Positions 1-7,377 of a DNA stretch of 30,614 nt are shown piece by piece (position 1 is the stretch's first letter; each line of letters begins with the position of its first letter). Source of the stretch: a virus (taxonomy: Duplodnaviria; Caudoviricetes); the IMG/VR virus record IMGVR_UViG_3300017761_001293, positions 1 to 30,614 of that record. One strand, written 5' to 3'. The position numbers and the translations under genes are program-made. The notes beneath the pieces are model-generated. The model saw nothing but the letters and a program-made list of their open reading frames with translations. It was not told the DNA's origin and did not search any database.

Positions 1-21
1 GCTAAAATGAAAAAATGCTAA
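1..21 (+). CDS. 3' end of upstream gene (partial; ...AKMKKC*)
   Basis: GCT AAA ATG AAA AAA TGC TAA, ending 10 nt before the next ATG in a gene-dense co-oriented region. Confidence 0.35.
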   Translation, partial: AKMKKC

Positions 22-31
22 TATAACTAAT

Positions 32-247
32 ATGGCATTAGGCGATACAATAGAAAAAATTACGTCAGCAACCGGTATAAAAACGGTTGTTGATGCTGTA
101 TCAAAAGCTACAAATGTAGATTGCGGTTGTGAAAAGCGTAAAGAGGAATTAAACAATCCCAATTTATTAATAAACAAAATATTTTATAAAGATGGCGTTT
201 CAAATGAAAGGGGCTCCTTACGAAATGGACAACACTCCAGTCTATAG
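32..247 (+). CDS. small hypothetical phage protein with DCGCxxR motif
   Basis: 71-aa ORF: LGDTIEKIT..TGIK..V....DCGCEKRKEELN; overlaps next gene by 56 nt. Confidence 0.7.
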   Translation: MALGDTIEKITSATGIKTVVDAVSKATNVDCGCEKRKEELNNPNLLINKIFYKDGVSNERGSLRNGQHSSL

Positions 248-506
248 TACAGATATGGATGGAAATGTATTAGGTATGGCACAAAAAAACGGAGCAATCT
301 TAATTAATAAGGATGTATCCCCGCTAGAATTAGAAAAGAATAAAACAATATCTCACGAGAAGGTGCATATAGACCAAATGAGACGAGGTGATTTGGATTA
401 CACGGATACTCATGTAATGTGGAAAGGGAGGCAATATTCTAGGGCAACTATGAACGAAGGTTCTAAAAAATTACCTTGGGAAATGGAGGCTTATAAAAAC
501 CAATAA
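192..506 (+). CDS. small zincin-like metallopeptidase (HExxH)
   Basis: G.A...G.ILIN strand, then HEKVH (354-368) and downstream PWEMEAY with candidate third zinc ligand Glu. Confidence 0.75.
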   Translation: MAFQMKGAPYEMDNTPVYSTDMDGNVLGMAQKNGAILINKDVSPLELEKNKTISHEKVHIDQMRRGDLDYTDTHVMWKGRQYSRATMNEGSKKLPWEMEAYKNQ

Positions 507-508
507 AT

Positions 509-525
509 ACACGTAATAATAATAT
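509..525 (+). promoter_or_regulatory. putative phage promoter motif ACACGTAATAATAATAT
   Basis: Intergenic; 16/17 identical copy at 13340-13356, also intergenic and in the same orientation. Confidence 0.55.
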
Positions 526-550
526 TATATAAATCTAATATTATTTAATT

Positions 551-910
551 ATGAAAAAAGTATTTTTAATTATTGCAATTACATTATTTAGTTTAAACGC
601 ATTCTCTCAAGAAAAAATTAATACTAATGATTTAATTGGTTATTGGGAACCTGATCAGGAATCGGCGCATTTATTTTTTTGGAAAGGCAAAGACCAAGTT
701 TTGCATGTTAAAGAAATAAGCGGATCTTCTGGATTGCCAATTGATATAATTACACTAAAAGTTAATCAATCATCAATTTTTATTAAAACAATTTTTGTTC
801 CAAATAAATGGATTGTAGAATGTACTTATACTTTTATTGATAATAATACATTAAAATGCGAAGTAACGGGTGACGCTATAGCCACAATTATATATAAAAA
901 GAAAGAATAA
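551..910 (+). CDS. secreted/periplasmic beta-rich protein with Sec signal peptide
   Basis: MKKVFLIIAITLFSLNAFS|Q signal (A-x-S cleavage, Gln at +1); mature part begins with a lipocalin-like LIGYW motif. Confidence 0.75.
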   Translation: MKKVFLIIAITLFSLNAFSQEKINTNDLIGYWEPDQESAHLFFWKGKDQVLHVKEISGSSGLPIDIITLKVNQSSIFIKTIFVPNKWIVECTYTFIDNNTLKCEVTGDAIATIIYKKKE

Positions 911-927
911 TAAACAAAAAAAATATT

Positions 928-2370
928 ATGGCATTTAGAATGAAACATGGTTTAGGGCCGTTCCGTCAGGAAGCAACTGGGCAGCCTGTAACTAACGAGC
1001 AACCAACGCAGGAAAAACCGGCTAAATTACCACCGCCTGTAAAGCCAGACCTTAATTCAGCTGAATTTCAAGGGTTTGGAACAGAATTGAGAGACGTTCC
1101 GCAGGGTAAGCCTAAAAATTGGGTTATTAGAGATGAAATTAAAAAAATAAAATTATTAGCTGGTGACAATACATTTACCGGCTCAACTAGCACCACTCCG
1201 GCATATACTAATAGAAGCGGTAGTTGGCTGGGCAATGTTTTAACGGGCAGTGGTTATGATGTAACAAAATCTACCGGGTTGGTTAATACCACCGCTACAA
1301 AACTTGGAAACAAATTTGCAAGCGAAGATGAAAAAGAATCTTTTTATGACAATTTAAAAACTGTTTTAAAAGAAGGGCAAGGAGCTACAATTGTTGATGG
1401 TGTAGTTACACCTGGTGGAGAACACAAGGCAGAATTTAAATATGATAAAAAGAAAAGAGCTGAGGCCGAATACAATAAAGAAGTAACTGCTTATACCAGA
1501 CAACAAAACTTAGAGAAAAAAGCGGCTGAAGATGCCGCTAAAAAAGCAGCTTACGACGCTAAAAAAGCAGCTCAAGCTAAACTTAGAGAAGAAAATCAAG
1601 CTAAAGAAGCAGCTAGATTAGCAAAAATATATGCAGAAAGAGATGCAAAAAAGGCAGAATGGGCAGCAGCTGGAGCAAAGAATGCTGCTGAAGCTGAAGC
1701 AAAAAAAGCTAAATTACAAGCAGAAAGAGATGCAAAAAAGAATGGCGGAAAAAAACCGGTTGAAGAAACACAGCCGGCTACTAATGAGCCTGTTGCTCAA
1801 CAAAACAGAACTCCGTTTTATCAAAGAGGAATGATGTCTGATAAAATGCTTTTACAAAATAAAAATAAAAAAGCATCTGCAACTTCTCCATTAGAACAAA
1901 ACGCGATTACAAATGAAAAATTAATAGGTTCAAAAACAACCTCTATTCAAACTACAAGAGGCGGTCGTCGTGGTACACTAACCACAACAGTTAATGATTA
2001 TGAAACTCCAGGAAGCGGTAATGCAAATACAAAAAAACCAATGTCTGATGCTAATTGGTCAAAGTTTGTAAAAGAAAATCCAGATTGGAACAAAGGAAGT
2101 AATAGATCAGACAGTAATGAGTCTTTTAAACCAGATCCAGAAAAACCACTAGAATTACCTAAAATAGTATCAAACTATAAACCTGAATTTACTTTTAACC
2201 CTATAAAGCCAATGCCAATGCCAGTAACTCCAAAAGAAGAGCCTAAAAACACAGGTTTTAAAACTAGCACTGGTTATATAATAAACAGAGGGGCTGAAGC
2301 AAAATCCGGCGGTGGTGGAGGAGGAAGCGAAAAAGCAAAAAAAATAGGTTGTCCTGGAGGCTGCCCATAA
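928..2370 (+). CDS. low-complexity, likely virion-associated protein with Ala/Glu/Lys coiled coil
   Basis: 480-aa ORF; MAFRMK N-terminus, central AEK-rich helix, Pro-rich segments, C-terminal GGGGGG and GCPGGCP. Confidence 0.75.
   Translation: MAFRMKHGLGPFRQEATGQPVTNEQPTQEKPAKLPPPVKPDLNSAEFQGFGTELRDVPQGKPKNWVIRDEIKKIKLLAGDNTFTGSTSTTPAYTNRSGSWLGNVLTGSGYDVTKSTGLVNTTATKLGNKFASEDEKESFYDNLKTVLKEGQGATIVDGVVTPGGEHKAEFKYDKKKRAEAEYNKEVTAYTRQQNLEKKAAEDAAKKAAYDAKKAAQAKLREENQAKEAARLAKIYAERDAKKAEWAAAGAKNAAEAEAKKAKLQAERDAKKNGGKKPVEETQPATNEPVAQQNRTPFYQRGMMSDKMLLQNKNKKASATSPLEQNAITNEKLIGSKTTSIQTTRGGRRGTLTTTVNDYETPGSGNANTKKPMSDANWSKFVKENPDWNKGSNRSDSNESFKPDPEKPLELPKIVSNYKPEFTFNPIKPMPMPVTPKEEPKNTGFKTSTGYIINRGAEAKSGGGGGGSEKAKKIGCPGGCP
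1633..1740 (+). repeat. exact 21-bp direct repeat GCAGAAAGAGATGCAAAAAAG (AERDAKK x2)
   Basis: Copies at 1633-1653 and 1720-1740, in frame, within the coiled-coil region. Confidence 0.9.
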
Positions 2371-2371
2371 A

Positions 2372-2620
2372 ATGAAGAATATATCAACAACAGGTTATAA
2401 AAGAAATAGCCCTGATAAAGATAGACCTTATAATGTAATACCTAGCGGGGACATCACAATGAAAAACGTAGATTTCCCCGTTTTGGGTATTGATAATGAA
2501 GGCAATTCTAAAATGATGCAACCAGGTGAAGATTATTCTTTTCCAGGTGATACTGTTTTAGAATTTAAACTTGGAACAAAAAACAAAAGTAAAATATATA
2601 ACAAAATATTTAAAAAATAA
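2372..2620 (+). CDS. hypothetical phage protein (IPSGDITMKNVDFPVLG motif domain)
   Basis: 82-aa ORF packed tightly between neighbours, with normal codon usage. Confidence 0.75.
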   Translation: MKNISTTGYKRNSPDKDRPYNVIPSGDITMKNVDFPVLGIDNEGNSKMMQPGEDYSFPGDTVLEFKLGTKNKSKIYNKIFKK

Positions 2621-2623
2621 ATT

Positions 2624-2920
2624 ATGGGACAATACGGTAATCAACCAGATTTTGGAACAAGAGCGCAGGACGTAATAATATCAGGTAGTGGAAGTGAAAA
2701 TGCTGGAGCTGAACCATTCAAACCAGCGGCATTATATATAGGAAATGGGGGAACGCTTGTGGCAAATGTTGTTGGGGGTAATAACCCTAATGATAATTAT
2801 ACTATATTTACAAATATACCAAATGGAACTTTTTTTCCTGTTATAGTTACAAATGTTTGGTATGGAATACAACCTGGAGATGCCGACACTACTTGTAGCA
2901 ACATAATAGCTCTTTACTAA
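2624..2920 (+). CDS. putative capsid vertex spike-base protein (RcGTA Rcc01079-like)
   Basis: ALYIGNGGTL...FTNIPNGTFFPVIVTNVW...TT.SNIIALY matches the pattern I recall for this family (LYVG.GG.....F.NVP.G..LP..V..V....TTA..IVAL); similar size. Confidence 0.65.
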   Translation: MGQYGNQPDFGTRAQDVIISGSGSENAGAEPFKPAALYIGNGGTLVANVVGGNNPNDNYTIFTNIPNGTFFPVIVTNVWYGIQPGDADTTCSNIIALY

Positions 2921-3810
2921 TGGCTTGGAATGGTATAGGTATAGGTTGGCCTAATGCAACATCAGTGGCAACACCAGTTCCTGCTAATGTTTATTATAAT
3001 ATTCTTTCAGTATGTTCGGGTTTGCCTGATAATATGTCAACAAATCTAGTAAACCCAAGTGTATATACTACAGGTGATTATGTATATTCTACAACTATAA
3101 ATGACGGTGTTTTATTAGGTGATCTGCAATTAGCCCCAGGAAATATTCAAGTAGAAATAATAGGACCAACTTATTCAGGTTGTCCTGTAACAGCATTAGA
3201 ATCGTATGTCATTGTTGATTGTATTACAGGACAAGAATATACTTCTGGTTATTATTATGCAGGAAACTTTGCTCTTGGAGATAGAGTTTATACGAAATAT
3301 GGAAATTATGGGTGGGTTCAAAACATAACAACTGCTCAAGAAGGAGATCAAGATGAAGGAGGATTCTCGATTGGATATGTTGCTGATAGATGTAATGATT
3401 GTAATGTAGGTTTATGGGTTACAATTACAAAAGAAGATGTTGGAACGTTTAATATAAATTTATTTGCAAAAGAAATGTTAAGCGAAGTTAATTTTCAATC
3501 TAGTAACAATGAATTAGATGTATACGTAAATTATTATGCGGTACTATCAAATGATGAAGATCCAGATATAATTCGTTCCGGCAGTTATTTATTTGAAATT
3601 AGTTCGTATAACGTACCCTCTGGAACCACTGAAATAATTGGCACAGATTTTATATTTAACGCTCCTGAATCATACAGTATAATTGAGCAAACTGTTCAAA
3701 TTACAAGCATAAATTTTGACGGTATAGCTTTAGGCCCTTATGATACAGGTTGGGACAAACCTAATAGATATGTAACAAATTATGGTAATGTTTGGACAAT
3801 GACTTACTAA
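2920..3810 (+). CDS. putative head spike/fibre protein
   Basis: Coupled (TAATG) to the spike-base gene; N-terminal MAWNGIGIGW resembles the GLGLG anchor of Rcc01080-type fibres; two Cys-bounded ~65-aa repeats. Confidence 0.55.
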   Translation: MAWNGIGIGWPNATSVATPVPANVYYNILSVCSGLPDNMSTNLVNPSVYTTGDYVYSTTINDGVLLGDLQLAPGNIQVEIIGPTYSGCPVTALESYVIVDCITGQEYTSGYYYAGNFALGDRVYTKYGNYGWVQNITTAQEGDQDEGGFSIGYVADRCNDCNVGLWVTITKEDVGTFNINLFAKEMLSEVNFQSSNNELDVYVNYYAVLSNDEDPDIIRSGSYLFEISSYNVPSGTTEIIGTDFIFNAPESYSIIEQTVQITSINFDGIALGPYDTGWDKPNRYVTNYGNVWTMTY

Positions 3811-3852
3811 AAAATAATAATAAATAATAATTAATAATTAAATTAAATAAAC

Positions 3853-4101
3853 ATGGAAGTAGTAAAACAAATTACAGCAGAACAATTAGAAAAAATAGTA
3901 AATCAACAAAAAGATTTGCAAGCATTATTATCGAACATTGGGATATTAGAATCGCAAAAGCATAGTTTTTTACATCAACTAGGTGAATTAAATAAAGCAA
4001 TTGAAGATTTTAAAGGCGAATTAGAAGTGCAATACGGAGCGATCAATATTAATATAGAAGATGGATCGTATACTGAAATTGAAAAACCAACTGAGGAATA
4101 A
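3853..4101 (+). CDS. hypothetical coiled-coil phage protein
   Basis: 82 aa with heptad pattern, ending YGAININIEDGSY; AT-rich leader. Confidence 0.75.
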   Translation: MEVVKQITAEQLEKIVNQQKDLQALLSNIGILESQKHSFLHQLGELNKAIEDFKGELEVQYGAININIEDGSYTEIEKPTEE

Positions 4102-4328
4102 TGAGTTCGGTAATTCGCAAGATAAGTATTGGTTCTGATTATAAGAACGATGCCATGCATTATTCATTAAATCAAAGTGTATATGGGGGACACGAAATCT
4201 CTCATATACTTTTTGATGAAGAGGATAACTCATACAATATATATATTAAAAAAGAAGACGAAGTAATGCCTTGGAAGAAGTTTAATTCTAACATGAGCAT
4301 TGCCGTTGAATACGATTTAGAATATTAA
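4101..4328 (+). CDS. hypothetical phage protein
   Basis: 75 aa, TAATG-coupled to the upstream gene. Confidence 0.75.
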   Translation: MSSVIRKISIGSDYKNDAMHYSLNQSVYGGHEISHILFDEEDNSYNIYIKKEDEVMPWKKFNSNMSIAVEYDLEY

Positions 4329-4329
4329 A

Positions 4330-4938
4330 GTGACCGGGGTATTTGATTTCATAGTTAAACCTGTGGGGTCTAGGTATGAAAATAGTATTGATATTGATGG
4401 TAAAGAATTAATAGTAAATACTAAGATAGAAAGTTTTAAATCTGTAAACAATACAGCTATAATAGTTTCAATACCATTAGCATATAAAACAGATATAAAA
4501 GTAGGTGATATCGTAATCATACACCATAATGTCTTTAGAAGATTTTATGATATGAAGGGTAAACAAAAAAACAGCAGGTCTTATTTTAAAGAAGACTTAT
4601 ACTTCTGCAGCTCAGATCAAATTTACTTATATAAAACAGACACTAAATGGAAATCATTTGGAGACAGGTGTTTTATTAAACCATTAAAAAATATAGACCA
4701 TTTAAAGCTTGATAAAGAGCAAAGACTTATTGGTATATTAAAATATGGAAATGACTCTTTAAAAGAGCTTAAAATCAATCCTGGAGACTTGGTAGGTTAT
4801 ACTCCTTTTGGGGAATTTGAATTTATTATAGAAGGCCAGAGATTATATTGTATGAAATCTAATGATATTGTAATTAAATATGAATATAAAGGAAACGAAG
4901 AGGAATATAGTCCAAGCTGGGCACAAAGCGGTTCTTGA
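4330..4938 (+). CDS. GroES-like co-chaperonin with two tandem GroES-fold domains
   Basis: GTG start; domain 1 FIVKP...AIIVSIP....IKVGDIVII; domain 2 GDRCFIKP...GILKYG....INPGDLVGY....EFIIEGQRLYCMKSNDIV, resembling GroES PL.DRV.V...VK.GD.V......G..Y....E.DIL. Confidence 0.65.
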   Translation: MTGVFDFIVKPVGSRYENSIDIDGKELIVNTKIESFKSVNNTAIIVSIPLAYKTDIKVGDIVIIHHNVFRRFYDMKGKQKNSRSYFKEDLYFCSSDQIYLYKTDTKWKSFGDRCFIKPLKNIDHLKLDKEQRLIGILKYGNDSLKELKINPGDLVGYTPFGEFEFIIEGQRLYCMKSNDIVIKYEYKGNEEEYSPSWAQSGS

Positions 4939-5155
4939 GTTAATTAAAGTTGCTGAGGAAGCTATCCTGGATAATGGAGAAGATGATTTAAGCGCAGACA
5001 AATTAAAGAATGCTGCTGCAACAAAGAAGTTGGCTATATTTGATGCTTTTGAAATCCTTAGTAGGATTGAAGAAGAAGAAAGAATGTTAGAAGAAAGCGA
5101 AAAAGAACCAACGGCAAAAACGTTTAAAGGCTTCGCAGAAGGGAGATCTAAGTAA
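4880..5155 (+). CDS. helical protein, candidate terminase small subunit
   Basis: 91 aa, all-helical appearance; directly upstream of and TAATG-coupled to the large terminase; function inferred from position only. Confidence 0.5.
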   Translation: MNIKETKRNIVQAGHKAVLELIKVAEEAILDNGEDDLSADKLKNAAATKKLAIFDAFEILSRIEEEERMLEESEKEPTAKTFKGFAEGRSK

Positions 5156-7374
5156 TGTACGAAAATACTTTATTTAAAATTTTACCGGATTATATTAAAT
5201 CAAGTGTTTTAAAGAAAGAAAATAGACTTAAAACATGGAAGTACGGTTATAACAAACAACATGATATGATTGTTATAAGTAAGACTGGAAAGATTGGCGA
5301 AATATATGAAATTCAAAATCTAAAAATCGCTTTACCTTTATTAGAAGATTCATATAAAAGAAACGATAAGAAGGAATTACAATATTGGAAACAATTAGAA
5401 ATACCAAAAGAACTCAGTAAAATAAAAAATGTATTTGATTGGAATAAATATCCTGATACATTTAAAGAGAAATGGTTTGACTATATTGACGAAGAGTTTA
5501 TAAGAAGAGACGAGGGATTTTCATTTTATAGTAACGGGATTTCTACATATATAACAGGTACACATTATATGTACTTGCAATGGAGCAAGATAGATGTTGG
5601 CGCGCCTGATTTTAGAGAGTCGAATAGATTATTCTTTATATTTTGGGAAGCTTGTAAAGCAGACACAAGATGCTACGGAATGTCCTATTTAAAGAATAGA
5701 CGTTCTGGATTTTCATTTATGTCTTCCGCGGAGTTAGTTAATCAAGCAACAATATCGAGTGATTCAAGATTTGGTATACTATCTAAATCAGGTAGCGATG
5801 CTAAAACGATGTTTACCGACAAAGTTGTTCCTATATCATTAAATTATCCTTTCTTTTTTAAACCTATTCAAGATGGTATGGATAGACCTAAAACAGAGCT
5901 AGCATATAGAGTGCCGGCTTCTAAGTTTACAAGGAAGAAGTTAGATAACAACGAAAACCCTGAAGAACTTGATGGTCTTGATACAACGATTGACTGGAAG
6001 AACACAGGAGATAACTCTTATGATGGGGAGAAATTAAAACTTCTTGTACATGACGAAAGCGGGAAGTGGCTAAGACCCGATAATATATTAAACAACTGGC
6101 GTGTTACAAAAACATGTTTACGATTAGGTAGCCGTATTATTGGTAAGTGTATGATGGGATCAACATCAAATGCTTTAGACAAGGGAGGAGAGAATTTTAA
6201 GAAACTTTATTACAACTCAGATGTTACAAAAAGAAACGCCAATGGACAGACTAGCTCAGGATTATATAGTTTGTTCATACCTATGGAATGGTCCTACGAG
6301 GGATTCATTGATACTTATGGCTTACCTGTCTTCCACACTCCGGAAAGACCCGTCAAAGGTATCGACGGAAATGAAATTGAAATAGGTGTAATTGAACACT
6401 GGCAAAATGAAGTTGATGGTTTAAAATCAGATTCAGATGGATTAAACGAATACTATCGACAATTTCCAAGAACAGAACAGCACGCCTTTAGAGATGAAAC
6501 AAAACAATCATTGTTTAATCTTACAAAAATATACGAACAAATTGATTACAATGCTGACCTACGGCATTCAGGCGTTTTAACACGCGGTAATTTCCAATGG
6601 GATAACGGTATACTAGATACAAGAGTAAGTTTTTACCCAAATAAAGATGGTAGATTTTTAATTTCCTGGGTACCACCTAAACATATGCAAAATTGCGTAA
6701 TAATAAAAGATGGGTATAAATATCCAGGTAATGAACACTGTGGTGCATTTGGTTGTGATAGTTATGACATATCGGGAACAGTTGATAACAGGGGATCCAA
6801 TGGAGCTCTTCACGGGTTAACGAAGTTCTCAATGGAAGATGTGCCTCCAAATCATTTTTTTTTAGAATACATTGCAAGACCACAGACAGCTGAAATATTT
6901 TTTGAGGAAGTATTAATGGCTTGTATATTTTATGGTATGCCAATACTTGCAGAGAATAACAAAGCAAGATTACTATATCATTTTAAAAGAAGAGGCTACA
7001 GAGGGTTCTCAATGAATCGCCCTGATAAAGTATGGAATAAGTTATCGCCTGCTGAAAAAGAAATTGGTGGAATACCAAACTCAGGACAAGATATTATACA
7101 AGCGCACGCTGCTGCAATTGAAACTTATATAGAACACCACGTTGGGGATTTAGGAGATTCATATGGAGATATGTATTTTCAAAAAACATTAGAAGATTGG
7201 GCAAAGTTTAATATAAACGATAGAACAAAGCATGATGCTTCGATAAGTTCAGGATTAGCTATAATGGCATGTAACAAACACATGTATACACCAACTAGCA
7301 ATTTCCAAAAGGATAAAGTTCCTTTAAACTTTAAAAGATATAATAATGAAGGTTATAGTTCAAAAATAATATAA
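5155..7374 (+). CDS. terL: terminase large subunit
   Basis: Terminase-type Walker A LKNRRSGFS, Walker B LLVHDESGKW, coupling motif GSTSN, RNase H-like nuclease FGCDSYD ... KHDA; lies before the portal. Confidence 0.92.
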   Translation: MYENTLFKILPDYIKSSVLKKENRLKTWKYGYNKQHDMIVISKTGKIGEIYEIQNLKIALPLLEDSYKRNDKKELQYWKQLEIPKELSKIKNVFDWNKYPDTFKEKWFDYIDEEFIRRDEGFSFYSNGISTYITGTHYMYLQWSKIDVGAPDFRESNRLFFIFWEACKADTRCYGMSYLKNRRSGFSFMSSAELVNQATISSDSRFGILSKSGSDAKTMFTDKVVPISLNYPFFFKPIQDGMDRPKTELAYRVPASKFTRKKLDNNENPEELDGLDTTIDWKNTGDNSYDGEKLKLLVHDESGKWLRPDNILNNWRVTKTCLRLGSRIIGKCMMGSTSNALDKGGENFKKLYYNSDVTKRNANGQTSSGLYSLFIPMEWSYEGFIDTYGLPVFHTPERPVKGIDGNEIEIGVIEHWQNEVDGLKSDSDGLNEYYRQFPRTEQHAFRDETKQSLFNLTKIYEQIDYNADLRHSGVLTRGNFQWDNGILDTRVSFYPNKDGRFLISWVPPKHMQNCVIIKDGYKYPGNEHCGAFGCDSYDISGTVDNRGSNGALHGLTKFSMEDVPPNHFFLEYIARPQTAEIFFEEVLMACIFYGMPILAENNKARLLYHFKRRGYRGFSMNRPDKVWNKLSPAEKEIGGIPNSGQDIIQAHAAAIETYIEHHVGDLGDSYGDMYFQKTLEDWAKFNINDRTKHDASISSGLAIMACNKHMYTPTSNFQKDKVPLNFKRYNNEGYSSKII

Positions 7375-7377
7375 TAG

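Noticed and set aside
1631-1834. Alternative-frame 67-aa ORF inside the 480-aa gene
   Set aside because: It is a by-product of the repetitive GCA/GAA/AAA coding sequence and has no separate initiation region.
3808-3852. TAA/TAAAT-rich quasi-repeats in intergenic spacers as CRISPR or iteron arrays
   Set aside because: These are low-complexity AT leaders with no fixed repeat-spacer periodicity.
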